Shown here: positions 1 through 8,175 of the stretch, piece by piece | Layout of the letters: every line of letters starts with the position of its first letter | Position numbering within the stretch: position 1 is the stretch's first letter | NCBI GenBank assembly: GCA_965112635.1 | Contig: OZ218778.1 | Coordinates: 2,624,001 to 2,688,000, forward strand | Source: an uncultured bacterium | Lineage (GTDB): Bacteria > Oederibacteriota > Oederibacteriia > Oederibacteriales > Oederibacteriaceae | DNA: 64,000 nucleotides | Direction: 5' to 3' | Made by a program: the position numbers and the translations under genes | The notes under the pieces: generated by a model | What the model saw: only the letters and a program-made list of their open reading frames with translations | What the model was told of the DNA's origin: nothing | Databases searched by the model: none

Positions 1-1165
1 CTAAAGCAAGCCCACCAAATATGTAATATATTTTCTTTCCTGTTACAAATGCTTTTAAGAAAAAATAAATCAAAAGGAGTTCAAAAAATATCAGATGCAG
101 ATCTAGAGTAAATCTAGAATAGTAAATATGCATTCGGTATGTTGCAAAAATAAGGGTTGCTAATAAAGCACTTCTAACACTCATAAGAATCTTTGCTATT
201 CTGAAAAAGATGAACACCGATAAGCACCCAAATATTAGATGCACAAGACGCAAACTAAACTCACTGGGCCCAAGAATCTTGATAAATAAAGCGTTGAAAC
301 ATAGTGGCAGCATAAACACATCACCCCAACCTGCCATAAACGGTGATTTTCCCCATCTTCCGTCGAAATTAATCGCAGGCCCTAAACCTGTAACAAGATA
401 ATTGATTTCCTGCCCCAAAATTGATTCGTCCGGAAACAATCCCCAAGGGAAAGAAGTAAATTTATAAATTCGGAACAAGACACCCACACTCAGGATAATG
501 GCCAGAAATATCTGTGTTTTTTTAGGGGAAAGATAATTATCAGGTGATTTCATTTGATTGGTATTTTTATTAAAGAAATACAAGAATATTAGGGCTAAAG
601 AAAATAGAGGTAATCCGTAGGGCAAGCTTCGCTTAAAGTCGTAACCCTTATAAATATAAAATTGACCCCAAAATCCTAAAACTAAAATGAAAATTATTAC
701 AGCAGGAATCATGCCTTTGCGACGCCAGGCCTGAGAAATTTGGGAATGCGACCGCGAATGGCCGAAATAATTGTTGGTAACTGCCTGACTTTTCCAGGGG
801 AATACCCACGAAAAACCGACTATACTTACGATATAACTAAGGACCCCAACCGCGGATATCCAAAAAACACTTAAATATCCTAACAACAAAAATAGGCAAC
901 AAATCAAAAACCAAAACCACTGTTCTTGAAATATATTTCGTTCGGTTCGCTGGAACAACAGATATTCTTTCTTTTGAAAAACAAAATAAACGGAACTAAT
1001 CAAGATTAGATAGGTTAATATAATTAAAGAAGGTTGGTTGGTGAACGAAAATAAAAGGTTCAGTACGATCGCGGCAATAGCTATAAAAACCCCGATTTGC
1101 CAGCCCATAACCGTGATGCTAAATCCGTTTCCCTTTCCAATCTTAACAATATTCTTGAAGTACAA
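1..1165 (-). CDS. GT-C fold glycosyltransferase (PMT_2/ArnT-like, family 39/83), 3'-truncated by window edge
   Basis: Not in the ORF track because it has no stop inside the window. Translated by hand from TTG at 1165 (AAAAGGA upstream); no stop seen in the stretches checked. Multi-TM protein with LFRIYKFTSFPWGLFPDES ... LGPSEFSLRL ... FELLLIYFFLKAFVTGKK, paralogous to the 1047-aa neighbour (FVRIYKLNTFPGGIYQDE ... FGVSEFVMRL ... FELMSFYFLWRGLETQKK). Confidence 0.8.
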   Translation of the reverse strand, partial: MYFKNIVKIGKGNGFSITVMGWQIGVFIAIAAIVLNLLFSFTNQPSLIILTYLILISSVYFVFQKKEYLLFQRTERNIFQEQWFWFLICCLFLLLGYLSVFWISAVGVLSYIVSIVGFSWVFPWKSQAVTNNYFGHSRSHSQISQAWRRKGMIPAVIIFILVLGFWGQFYIYKGYDFKRSLPYGLPLFSLALIFLYFFNKNTNQMKSPDNYLSPKKTQIFLAIILSVGVLFRIYKFTSFPWGLFPDESILGQEINYLVTGLGPAINFDGRWGKSPFMAGWGDVFMLPLCFNALFIKILGPSEFSLRLVHLIFGCLSVFIFFRIAKILMSVRSALLATLIFATYRMHIYYSRFTLDLHLIFFELLLIYFFLKAFVTGKKIYYIFGGLAL

Positions 1166-1185
1166 TGCTTTTCCTTTTGTGATCC

Positions 1186-4100
1186 CTAGTAGTATAGAAC
1201 CTCTGTTGGGACAGCTTCCTTTTGGGTTATATTAGGTGGACACCAGAATAAAGTAAGTCCAAGATAATCCATGTGTATATGAGATTTAATGTGAATAGAA
1301 TGAACGCCGGCATTTAAGAAAGTTGCCCCTTCCCTATAAGACCAATCCCTGCTATCCCCACCATTGTCGACAATTAACTTATTGTCTATATAAACCCAGT
1401 TGCCCTGATTGGAATTCGTTCCAAAAATATAACGACCGGATTTATCGATTTTAATTTTTCCGATCCATTCAACAGAAAAAGGAGGCCATAATATCGGCGG
1501 TAAAGGAGGCTGGGCGCTTGCGGTATTGTAAACTAAAGCAGGAACATTTTCTTCAGCAACAGGTTCTCCAGTCCAATCTTGGCTCTTGTAAAATATCGCC
1601 TTCAAACCATGAGGATACCACTCCTTTGTTAAATAATTCCTAATGATTGGCTCAAATTCCATCTTGGCACCTTGGAATTCTGGTTGTTTCCATTCTAAAA
1701 CAAAAGTTCCCTTCCGGTCTTCAGAACAGGTGATTTTTATCGCATGCCCTCCTCTCGCTAACAATACTTGTCCCTGGGGAATATCGTAAGCCATGCCCGC
1801 ATCATCGGTTTTTCTCATGACTATTTGTTTGTCATCTATCCACAAAGAGGCATGCGACGATCCCAGAAAACGAAAAACATGCACTCCATAGAACTTTGAG
1901 TAGAGGGCACCTTTCCAAACCACAGAAAAAGGCACTTGTATTTTCTGGACGCTCCAGTCGAATTTAAGGTCCTTATCAAGTTGCGTTTTAATCACTTTGC
2001 CGCTTAATTCCTGCCCTTGGTGGTAGGTTCCCATGAGACCTTGCAAAGAATCGACATCTTCCTTCTTAACTTGATAAATAAATCCCCTTAGACCATAGTC
2101 AAAAACTCCGGTCCGCTTAAAGGGATCAGGCAAAGCTTCATACTTTCCATTAGGGTAATAATGCCCCATCAAAGATTTAAGGGGTAAATAGGTGCTACGC
2201 AGAAAATAAACCGCATCCCTGTCCGGGGGGTCATGGACCGGCAAATTGTCAACCGGGTTAAACCAGGAAGGCTGGGTGTTCTTGTGATAACCAAGAAAGT
2301 TTACCGAGGGGTGGCTGAAGTAATCAACAGAAAGATAGGAGCGGCTGGAAGCCCCCAGCTGTGCAACACGTTGAGCTACCAAAGTCCGGTCTCCGGCAAA
2401 AAAATCATATGTGGACGAACTAATGGGTTGCTTGGCGTAATATCCAAAATAAGCTAAATAATTACCCGCGCAAAGTACAACAAAGAAAATAACGAGCAAG
2501 ATACCTATAAGTATTTTCCTTTTTGAAAAATGGACAAGCCACCTTTGTGCTCTTATGACAAACACATCAAGAAAAGCACCCATTAAAAGATATACCGCAG
2601 GTAGGCTGACTATCGCCCTTCTCTCGCACGGCGCTCCCCGAGCAAAAGCACAGGGGATAAGCCCAAGTAAAAACCACCAAAATATAAAATTATATTTTGG
2701 TTCAAACCACCTCGACAAACAGACCCCTAGGCCCAAAACAAAGAATATTCCTCCCAAAAAATCCAACTCCCGTATCCCTATAGGGTTGCTTAAAAGCTCT
2801 TCGTCCCCTCTCCAGTTGTACATAAGAATCGTTTTAGCCCAACTCCCCCAAACAGTAACTCTGCTGTCTTCTTTCATCTGACTGAACACAGTATAGGAGG
2901 ATATGTGGCCGCTGGCTGATCCCCAATGATTGAAAAGCCATAGCCCCATAGGCCCAAAAACCACGCCGCTTACAATTAAAAATAAAAAAACATTTTTTAC
3001 ATAAGTTCTCAAGAAAAGAGGATCGCTCAAGATCAAAAAAAGAAGGAACACGAGAGGAATGAAGGGGATGATCCTTCCAGCGTAATATCCATGCAGACTT
3101 AATGCAAGCGATATACCCGCCAAAACAAATGGAATTTTCTTTTGTGTTTCTAAACCCCTCCATAAAAAATAGAAAGACATCAACTCGAAAGTAACTATTG
3201 GCATGAAAATGGGGATCTTGCTGTTATGGAGATGGACACGAGAGGCTGTCAAAAAAGCCGTTACGGTCAAAGCCACCCAAGGGTGAAAGAACTTTTTAGC
3301 TATAAAATAAAAGAAGGGGATGCAGAGGAGCCCCATGATTATGGGAGGCAAGCGCATGACAAACTCGCTGACGCCAAATATTTTATAGAACAAAGCATCA
3401 AAGAAATATAATCCTAGGGGTATATCACCCCAACCTACCGTAATAGGAGTTGTATATTTTCCATCCAGGATGGCTAACTTGTCTAGGGCAGGCCAACATT
3501 CATCTTGATAGATTCCGCCCGGGAAAGTATTTAACTTATAAATCCTGACAAATGCCCCAAACACGATAAGAACAATCAATAAAATTCCTTCGACTTTGGG
3601 TGTTATGACACCTAGGCTCACCTCTGTGCGCAGCCTGTCCTTTTTCATAAGATTAAAAGAAGAAAAACCTACTAAGACCATGGCTACGAAAAAGAACACT
3701 ATTCCACCTTTTGGTAAGCTCTCCATTTTATCCAGGTCCACTAAATGTTGAGCAAAACAGGCTATAAGGATAGCAATCAATAGAGCAATATCCCTGGGAA
3801 AATCCATGGTTTTGGATATTGCATTGCCAGAATCAATATCGGCTTTAACGTAGTAACCACTGCTAGGAATGAATGACCTTGGATAGCCCCAAACAAATAA
3901 GATGAGACCTAAACCGCAGGTAGGGAAACCAAATAATATCTTTTCAGAAACTACAGCAAAAAATCCGATTATAGTTAATATTATCCCTAGTATTAACGAA
4001 AATATTTTGGCTTTTTGTAAAGCTGCAGCGCTATGGCCTTTTTCAACAATTTCTTTCGGGTGGTCCCCTTTTTGCTGCCCAAGGTTGCCGATAAACCTGG

Positions 4101-4329
4101 AAACCCATTGATAAATGGCAATAAAAGAGAAAGATTTTTTGCCTCCGGCTATGAAATAAAACCCTGCGGCAATCACAAAATAACTTATAATCGGCAACGC
4201 GGCGACTTCGGACCACACTCCGATCAAATTGACCAAGATAGCCAAGGCCACAAGCCCTGCCCCAAAATGCCAATAGGCCAGCGTAAAAGCGCCCCAATTG
4301 AATCTGTTTTTCCTTTGCAGCTTACGCAT
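1186..4329 (-). CDS. GT-C fold glycosyltransferase (PMT_2/ArnT-like) with two C-terminal PA14 domains
   Basis: 1047 aa, many TM helices, first-loop acidic motif GIYQDE and GVSEFVMRLP. The C-terminus has two PA14-like units (GLMGTYHQG...FSVVWKGAL...LWIDDK...LARGGHAIKI; GLKAIFYKS...FSVEWIGKIKIDKSGRYIF...VYIDNKLIVDNGG...LNAGVHSIHI). Confidence 0.85.
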   Translation of the reverse strand: MRKLQRKNRFNWGAFTLAYWHFGAGLVALAILVNLIGVWSEVAALPIISYFVIAAGFYFIAGGKKSFSFIAIYQWVSRFIGNLGQQKGDHPKEIVEKGHSAAALQKAKIFSLILGIILTIIGFFAVVSEKILFGFPTCGLGLILFVWGYPRSFIPSSGYYVKADIDSGNAISKTMDFPRDIALLIAILIACFAQHLVDLDKMESLPKGGIVFFFVAMVLVGFSSFNLMKKDRLRTEVSLGVITPKVEGILLIVLIVFGAFVRIYKLNTFPGGIYQDECWPALDKLAILDGKYTTPITVGWGDIPLGLYFFDALFYKIFGVSEFVMRLPPIIMGLLCIPFFYFIAKKFFHPWVALTVTAFLTASRVHLHNSKIPIFMPIVTFELMSFYFLWRGLETQKKIPFVLAGISLALSLHGYYAGRIIPFIPLVFLLFLILSDPLFLRTYVKNVFLFLIVSGVVFGPMGLWLFNHWGSASGHISSYTVFSQMKEDSRVTVWGSWAKTILMYNWRGDEELLSNPIGIRELDFLGGIFFVLGLGVCLSRWFEPKYNFIFWWFLLGLIPCAFARGAPCERRAIVSLPAVYLLMGAFLDVFVIRAQRWLVHFSKRKILIGILLVIFFVVLCAGNYLAYFGYYAKQPISSSTYDFFAGDRTLVAQRVAQLGASSRSYLSVDYFSHPSVNFLGYHKNTQPSWFNPVDNLPVHDPPDRDAVYFLRSTYLPLKSLMGHYYPNGKYEALPDPFKRTGVFDYGLRGFIYQVKKEDVDSLQGLMGTYHQGQELSGKVIKTQLDKDLKFDWSVQKIQVPFSVVWKGALYSKFYGVHVFRFLGSSHASLWIDDKQIVMRKTDDAGMAYDIPQGQVLLARGGHAIKITCSEDRKGTFVLEWKQPEFQGAKMEFEPIIRNYLTKEWYPHGLKAIFYKSQDWTGEPVAEENVPALVYNTASAQPPLPPILWPPFSVEWIGKIKIDKSGRYIFGTNSNQGNWVYIDNKLIVDNGGDSRDWSYREGATFLNAGVHSIHIKSHIHMDYLGLTLFWCPPNITQKEAVPTEVLYY

Positions 4330-4424
4330 TCGATCAAAAACCCCTTGTTTAAAAGTTTATTAGCTGATGACCCTTCATATTTTTTTAGCGGCAAGACCAT
4401 TGTGCCAAGAAAATCCGCGGACGT

Positions 4425-5423
4425 TTACTCTGACAGAGGCCCAAATTTTAAAATACGGTTATCTCTGTAGTTAGTCAAATAAAGAAAACCGTTCTTATCA
4501 AAAGCTATCCCGGATAAAGCACCTAGCTTTTCTTGCGGGGGATCGATCCACATTTTCAGCGGTTTTAAATCCTTGTTTAAAACCCAAAGCCTGCCGGCCT
4601 CATCAAGGACATAAAGGTTCCCCTGGGGGCTCAAAATATTACGCCGCAAATTAGCCCCAACGTCCTTTGACGGTTTCCAAACCTTTAGAAACTGTCCTTT
4701 GGCGTCGAATTTTTCTATTCTCTGGTTACCCTGGTCCACAACATAAAAATTCTTTTGTTCATCTACGGCAATTCCAGACGGATCAACCATCTGTCCCTTT
4801 TTGCGGCCATTTTGCCCAAACATCGTTGTAAAATCCCCATGGCCGCTAAATTTATGTATATTCGGCCCCCCAGCGTTGGAAACCCATATATTCCCATCTA
4901 AATCAACGGTTATGGAAAATGGCCCGTAAAATCCACCCTGGAATTTACTAACAAAAATTCCATCTTTATTAAATGTTTGGACTCTATTATCGACCCAGTC
5001 AAGAACCAAAATATTATCTGATTTATTTACAGTTAGGCCACATGGTCCTTGAAATTGGCCATCCTTTGTTCCCTGTCCCCCCCATACTTTTAGGAACTTG
5101 CCGTCTGGGTTAAACTTCTGAATTCTGCAGTTTTTAGTATCAGCAACATAAACATTGCCCTCAAAATCACAGGTTATATCCCTGGGTTCATTAAACTGGC
5201 CTGGCTTAGGTCCATAAGAACCCCATCCCTTAATATAAGGAAGCGGAAACTGTGGCGGAGGGGCCTGATTTGAACTTTTAGCCATCCAAAAAAACTGGAA
5301 CGCCCCTATTAAAACAACTACAACGATAGCAATTTTAATAGGGGTAGGCAAACCAGAGGACTTCTGGGTTTTTGGCTTAGTTTTAGCAATATTACGTTTT
5401 TGATGGCTTCTGGCTTTGGGCAT
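4425..5423 (-). CDS. Membrane-anchored NHL-repeat six-bladed beta-propeller protein
   Basis: 332 aa; basic N-terminus, one TM, then NHL repeats (GQFNEPRDITCDFEGNVYVADTKNCRIQKF; GQMVDPSGIAVDEQKNFYVVDQGNQRIEKF). AGGAGG RBS. Confidence 0.88.
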   Translation of the reverse strand: MPKARSHQKRNIAKTKPKTQKSSGLPTPIKIAIVVVVLIGAFQFFWMAKSSNQAPPPQFPLPYIKGWGSYGPKPGQFNEPRDITCDFEGNVYVADTKNCRIQKFNPDGKFLKVWGGQGTKDGQFQGPCGLTVNKSDNILVLDWVDNRVQTFNKDGIFVSKFQGGFYGPFSITVDLDGNIWVSNAGGPNIHKFSGHGDFTTMFGQNGRKKGQMVDPSGIAVDEQKNFYVVDQGNQRIEKFDAKGQFLKVWKPSKDVGANLRRNILSPQGNLYVLDEAGRLWVLNKDLKPLKMWIDPPQEKLGALSGIAFDKNGFLYLTNYRDNRILKFGPLSE

Positions 5424-5474
5424 TATAATGCCTCCTGTTCTTTAGGATAAGTTGACCACCATCATAGCACTTTT

Positions 5475-7946
5475 TTAAGGACCAACTTTGGGCTCATTAT
5501 CCAAATTAGGCTGCCACTTTACCTTACCAAAAGCAGTGCTTTTTTCGGCATCTTCCATAAGGGCTTGAATCCTGTTAGTATCTGTACTTCCCCACCAGTT
5601 AGACCCTGCGTCCAACTCTGCAGTAGCATGATTAGCCAAATTAAGGCTGTTTTCCGAGAAGCTATTATTCTTCAAGGTAATATTTTCAAATCCCTGTATA
5701 AAGGCCCCTATCCGATTATTGGCGATTTTATTATTCGAAACTGTCGCCGAGGAGTCCTTGAACCAGAAAGTAAGGGCTCTTTGATTAGAAGTGATTATAT
5801 TGTTCTCAATAGTGGGATTGGCCGCATGTCCAACCTCGATGCCGCCTCCGTAATCAATAGTACAATGGGAAATTGCGGGAGAAGAATACTGGCAAATGAT
5901 CCTACCTCCGGTAATCTTGCAATAACTCAATTTGGAATCGGATGCACTTCCTTTTGCGAAGTAGATGGCGCCCCACGACTGGCCCTTGCCTGGCTCGAAC
6001 ACGATTGGTTGATCGCTGGTTCCGACCGCTATGATCCTGCCCCGGATGGAGATGTCAGTGTTTTCTGTGTTAGACGAAGTAACTTCTCCTCCCATGGTCT
6101 CATTGACCCTGATCTCTGTTCCTGGCAAGATGGTCAAGGTAGCGCCACTCGCTATAAGAAGGTCGCTATCGATCACATAGGGGCCGTATTGCGGTGACCA
6201 AGTTGTGTCTTGGGTAATGGCGCCGCTCAAAAGGCTGTTGGTCTGGGCTGACAGGATAACAACCTCCACTCTCCGGTTTTTCAACTTGCCTTCGGGCGTA
6301 TCATTGGAGGCTATGGGTTTGGTATCTCCATAACCCTGTGTGCTGACACGGTCAGAGGCGATCCCCTTACTGAAGAAATATTGGGCAACCGTATTGGCGC
6401 GCGCCTGCGAGAGACCGATATTATCCCTGAATTTTCCGCCTGGCAGGATAGGAGTATTATCTGTGTGTCCTTCCAGCAAGAGGTGTGAATCTGGGTATTT
6501 TTCTTTTAGTATCTTTACGCCCTCATCTAGGATCGTCGGAGCCTCTTTGGAAAGAACATCTGAACCCGAGGCGAACAAAAGTTCGCTGGGCAGCTTGATG
6601 ACAATGCCTCTTTTCTCGTGTTCTTCAACAATTGCATGCAGAAGTTCGAGTATTTTTTTCTCGCTTACAATAGTATTCCCCTTCTTATCTGTGACAATGA
6701 GCTGGTAGGAATAATATCCCATCTCCGCAGGTCTATCTCTGTCAAAACGGCCATCCCAAATAACATGGTCTGGCACGACGCGGCCAACTCCCGAAAACTG
6801 CCTTACTAATTCACCAGCGGAATTCTTGATCTCTATGACCCATTTACTTAATGGCTCTGTGATTTTGACTTCGGTATCAAAGGTGACCTGCGGATCAGGC
6901 AGCCATGCTTTTTCAGGGCCCGTAATATCCACAACGTTCTCAGGCGGTAACCAATGCAGGGATAAGGAGAACTGGTTGGTAGTCCCTAGGTCGGTGAAAG
7001 GAGCATAGGCGTAGTCCAAGCGGCACTGGAGGTCGCCCATAGGAAAATAATAACCAAACCCGAAGTTAGCCTGGTCCAGGGCTTGGATATCGGCATTGGC
7101 CCCACCGCCGCATCTAAATGAGAACTGTTGCCCATTCAAACGCAGACTAAGCTCCGTTCCGGCCCTGATCCTCAAAGTATTATCTGACTGGCTGATGCTG
7201 TCTACAGCCACAAGAACCTGTTTATTCAATGCGTATTGCGCAACTCCGATACGCCATTCTAATGGCATTGGACTATCTAACACTGGCGTACCGATATTTC
7301 TAAGGCTAGCGCCAAACCTTGTTTGCAAGTTGGGCAACTCATACAAATAGCCGAGGTCCAACGCTGCGGCATAGGTTTTAGAAATATCTAATTGTTGAAA
7401 AAGCCCCTTGCACGCCACCCCTATGGAAGAATTCTTGAAAAAAGGTGATTCTTCATCAAAATAAATCAATCTTGTTGAATAACTGGCGATAAGCAAGTAC
7501 TCTGCGAACTGGAAATTGCCGCTGGTGCCGGCATAATTGCCAAAAGCGTCTTCCCAAGTACGCGGCTCGGGATCCATACGGAGATTGCCAATGCCTAAAC
7601 CAAAATAACCATAAAATAAAGGATTTTTTTCGCCGTAGGTTAGAAAATCATAGTTCATGCCTTGTAAATACATATGATGGAGCAACGCAATTTCACGGGT
7701 GTCCATCAATGATAATCCAGCGGGATTGTAAAGGATAGCGTATGAATCGTCCGATACGGCTGTATAGGCCCCATCCATAGCAGTGGGCCTGGCTCCTTCA
7801 TTTATTTTAAGAAAATTTGCTCCAGTCGTTCCAGCACTATTTTGTTGGCCAAATGATGGGAATGGATTAGAAATAATAAGGATAAAAAGGAATGAGATGT
7901 ACCACCGGCAACTATTCTTTATGAAGTAATAAAAGAAAGTTCTAAT
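5475..7946 (-). CDS. PorV/PorQ (UPF0164)-family beta-barrel fused to FlgD-Ig, OmpA C-like and right-handed beta-helix domains; probable ATT start
   Basis: The track ORF begins at ATG 7778, but the frame is open for 56 more codons. These encode a signal-like segment and GTTGANFLKINEGARPTA-MDGAYTAVSDD, the PorV-family N-terminal motif. AAGGAG lies 7 nt before ATT at 7946. Other motifs: barrel end DYAYAPFTDLGTTNQFSL; FlgD-like IKNSAGELVR...WDG; OmpA LEGHTDN...LSQARANTV...GYGDTKPIASNDTPEGKLKNRRVEV; beta-helix LSGAITQDTTW...LTILPGT...NWWG. Confidence 0.8.
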   Translation of the reverse strand: MRTFFYYFIKNSCRWYISFLFILIISNPFPSFGQQNSAGTTGANFLKINEGARPTAMDGAYTAVSDDSYAILYNPAGLSLMDTREIALLHHMYLQGMNYDFLTYGEKNPLFYGYFGLGIGNLRMDPEPRTWEDAFGNYAGTSGNFQFAEYLLIASYSTRLIYFDEESPFFKNSSIGVACKGLFQQLDISKTYAAALDLGYLYELPNLQTRFGASLRNIGTPVLDSPMPLEWRIGVAQYALNKQVLVAVDSISQSDNTLRIRAGTELSLRLNGQQFSFRCGGGANADIQALDQANFGFGYYFPMGDLQCRLDYAYAPFTDLGTTNQFSLSLHWLPPENVVDITGPEKAWLPDPQVTFDTEVKITEPLSKWVIEIKNSAGELVRQFSGVGRVVPDHVIWDGRFDRDRPAEMGYYSYQLIVTDKKGNTIVSEKKILELLHAIVEEHEKRGIVIKLPSELLFASGSDVLSKEAPTILDEGVKILKEKYPDSHLLLEGHTDNTPILPGGKFRDNIGLSQARANTVAQYFFSKGIASDRVSTQGYGDTKPIASNDTPEGKLKNRRVEVVILSAQTNSLLSGAITQDTTWSPQYGPYVIDSDLLIASGATLTILPGTEIRVNETMGGEVTSSNTENTDISIRGRIIAVGTSDQPIVFEPGKGQSWGAIYFAKGSASDSKLSYCKITGGRIICQYSSPAISHCTIDYGGGIEVGHAANPTIENNIITSNQRALTFWFKDSSATVSNNKIANNRIGAFIQGFENITLKNNSFSENSLNLANHATAELDAGSNWWGSTDTNRIQALMEDAEKSTAFGKVKWQPNLDNEPKVGP

Positions 7947-8000
7947 AGTTTTTCTCCTTAAATCCCCTATATAAAATAAAAGGCAAAATATATTTATTAA

Positions 8001-8028
8001 ACTATAGCAAAAAAAACATTGAATGCAA
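8001..8028 (-). promoter_or_regulatory. Putative sigma70 promoter for the PorV-OmpA / NHL / GT genes
   Basis: Minus strand TTGCAT-N16-TATAGT with an extended -10 TG (TGcTATAGT), in the AT-rich intergenic region ~55 nt upstream of the ATT start. Confidence 0.5.
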
Positions 8029-8175
8029 TTTTTAGCCCTTAAAAAACAATATAATTTTGTAGGAGTTAGCCCGGAGAAAACACTTATATGGACCTGCTTA
8101 ACTAATATGATAGCCCGGGCAACATCTCTGTCTAATACCTATCGGTATCGCCTATTAAAATCTTACTGTTCCCTA

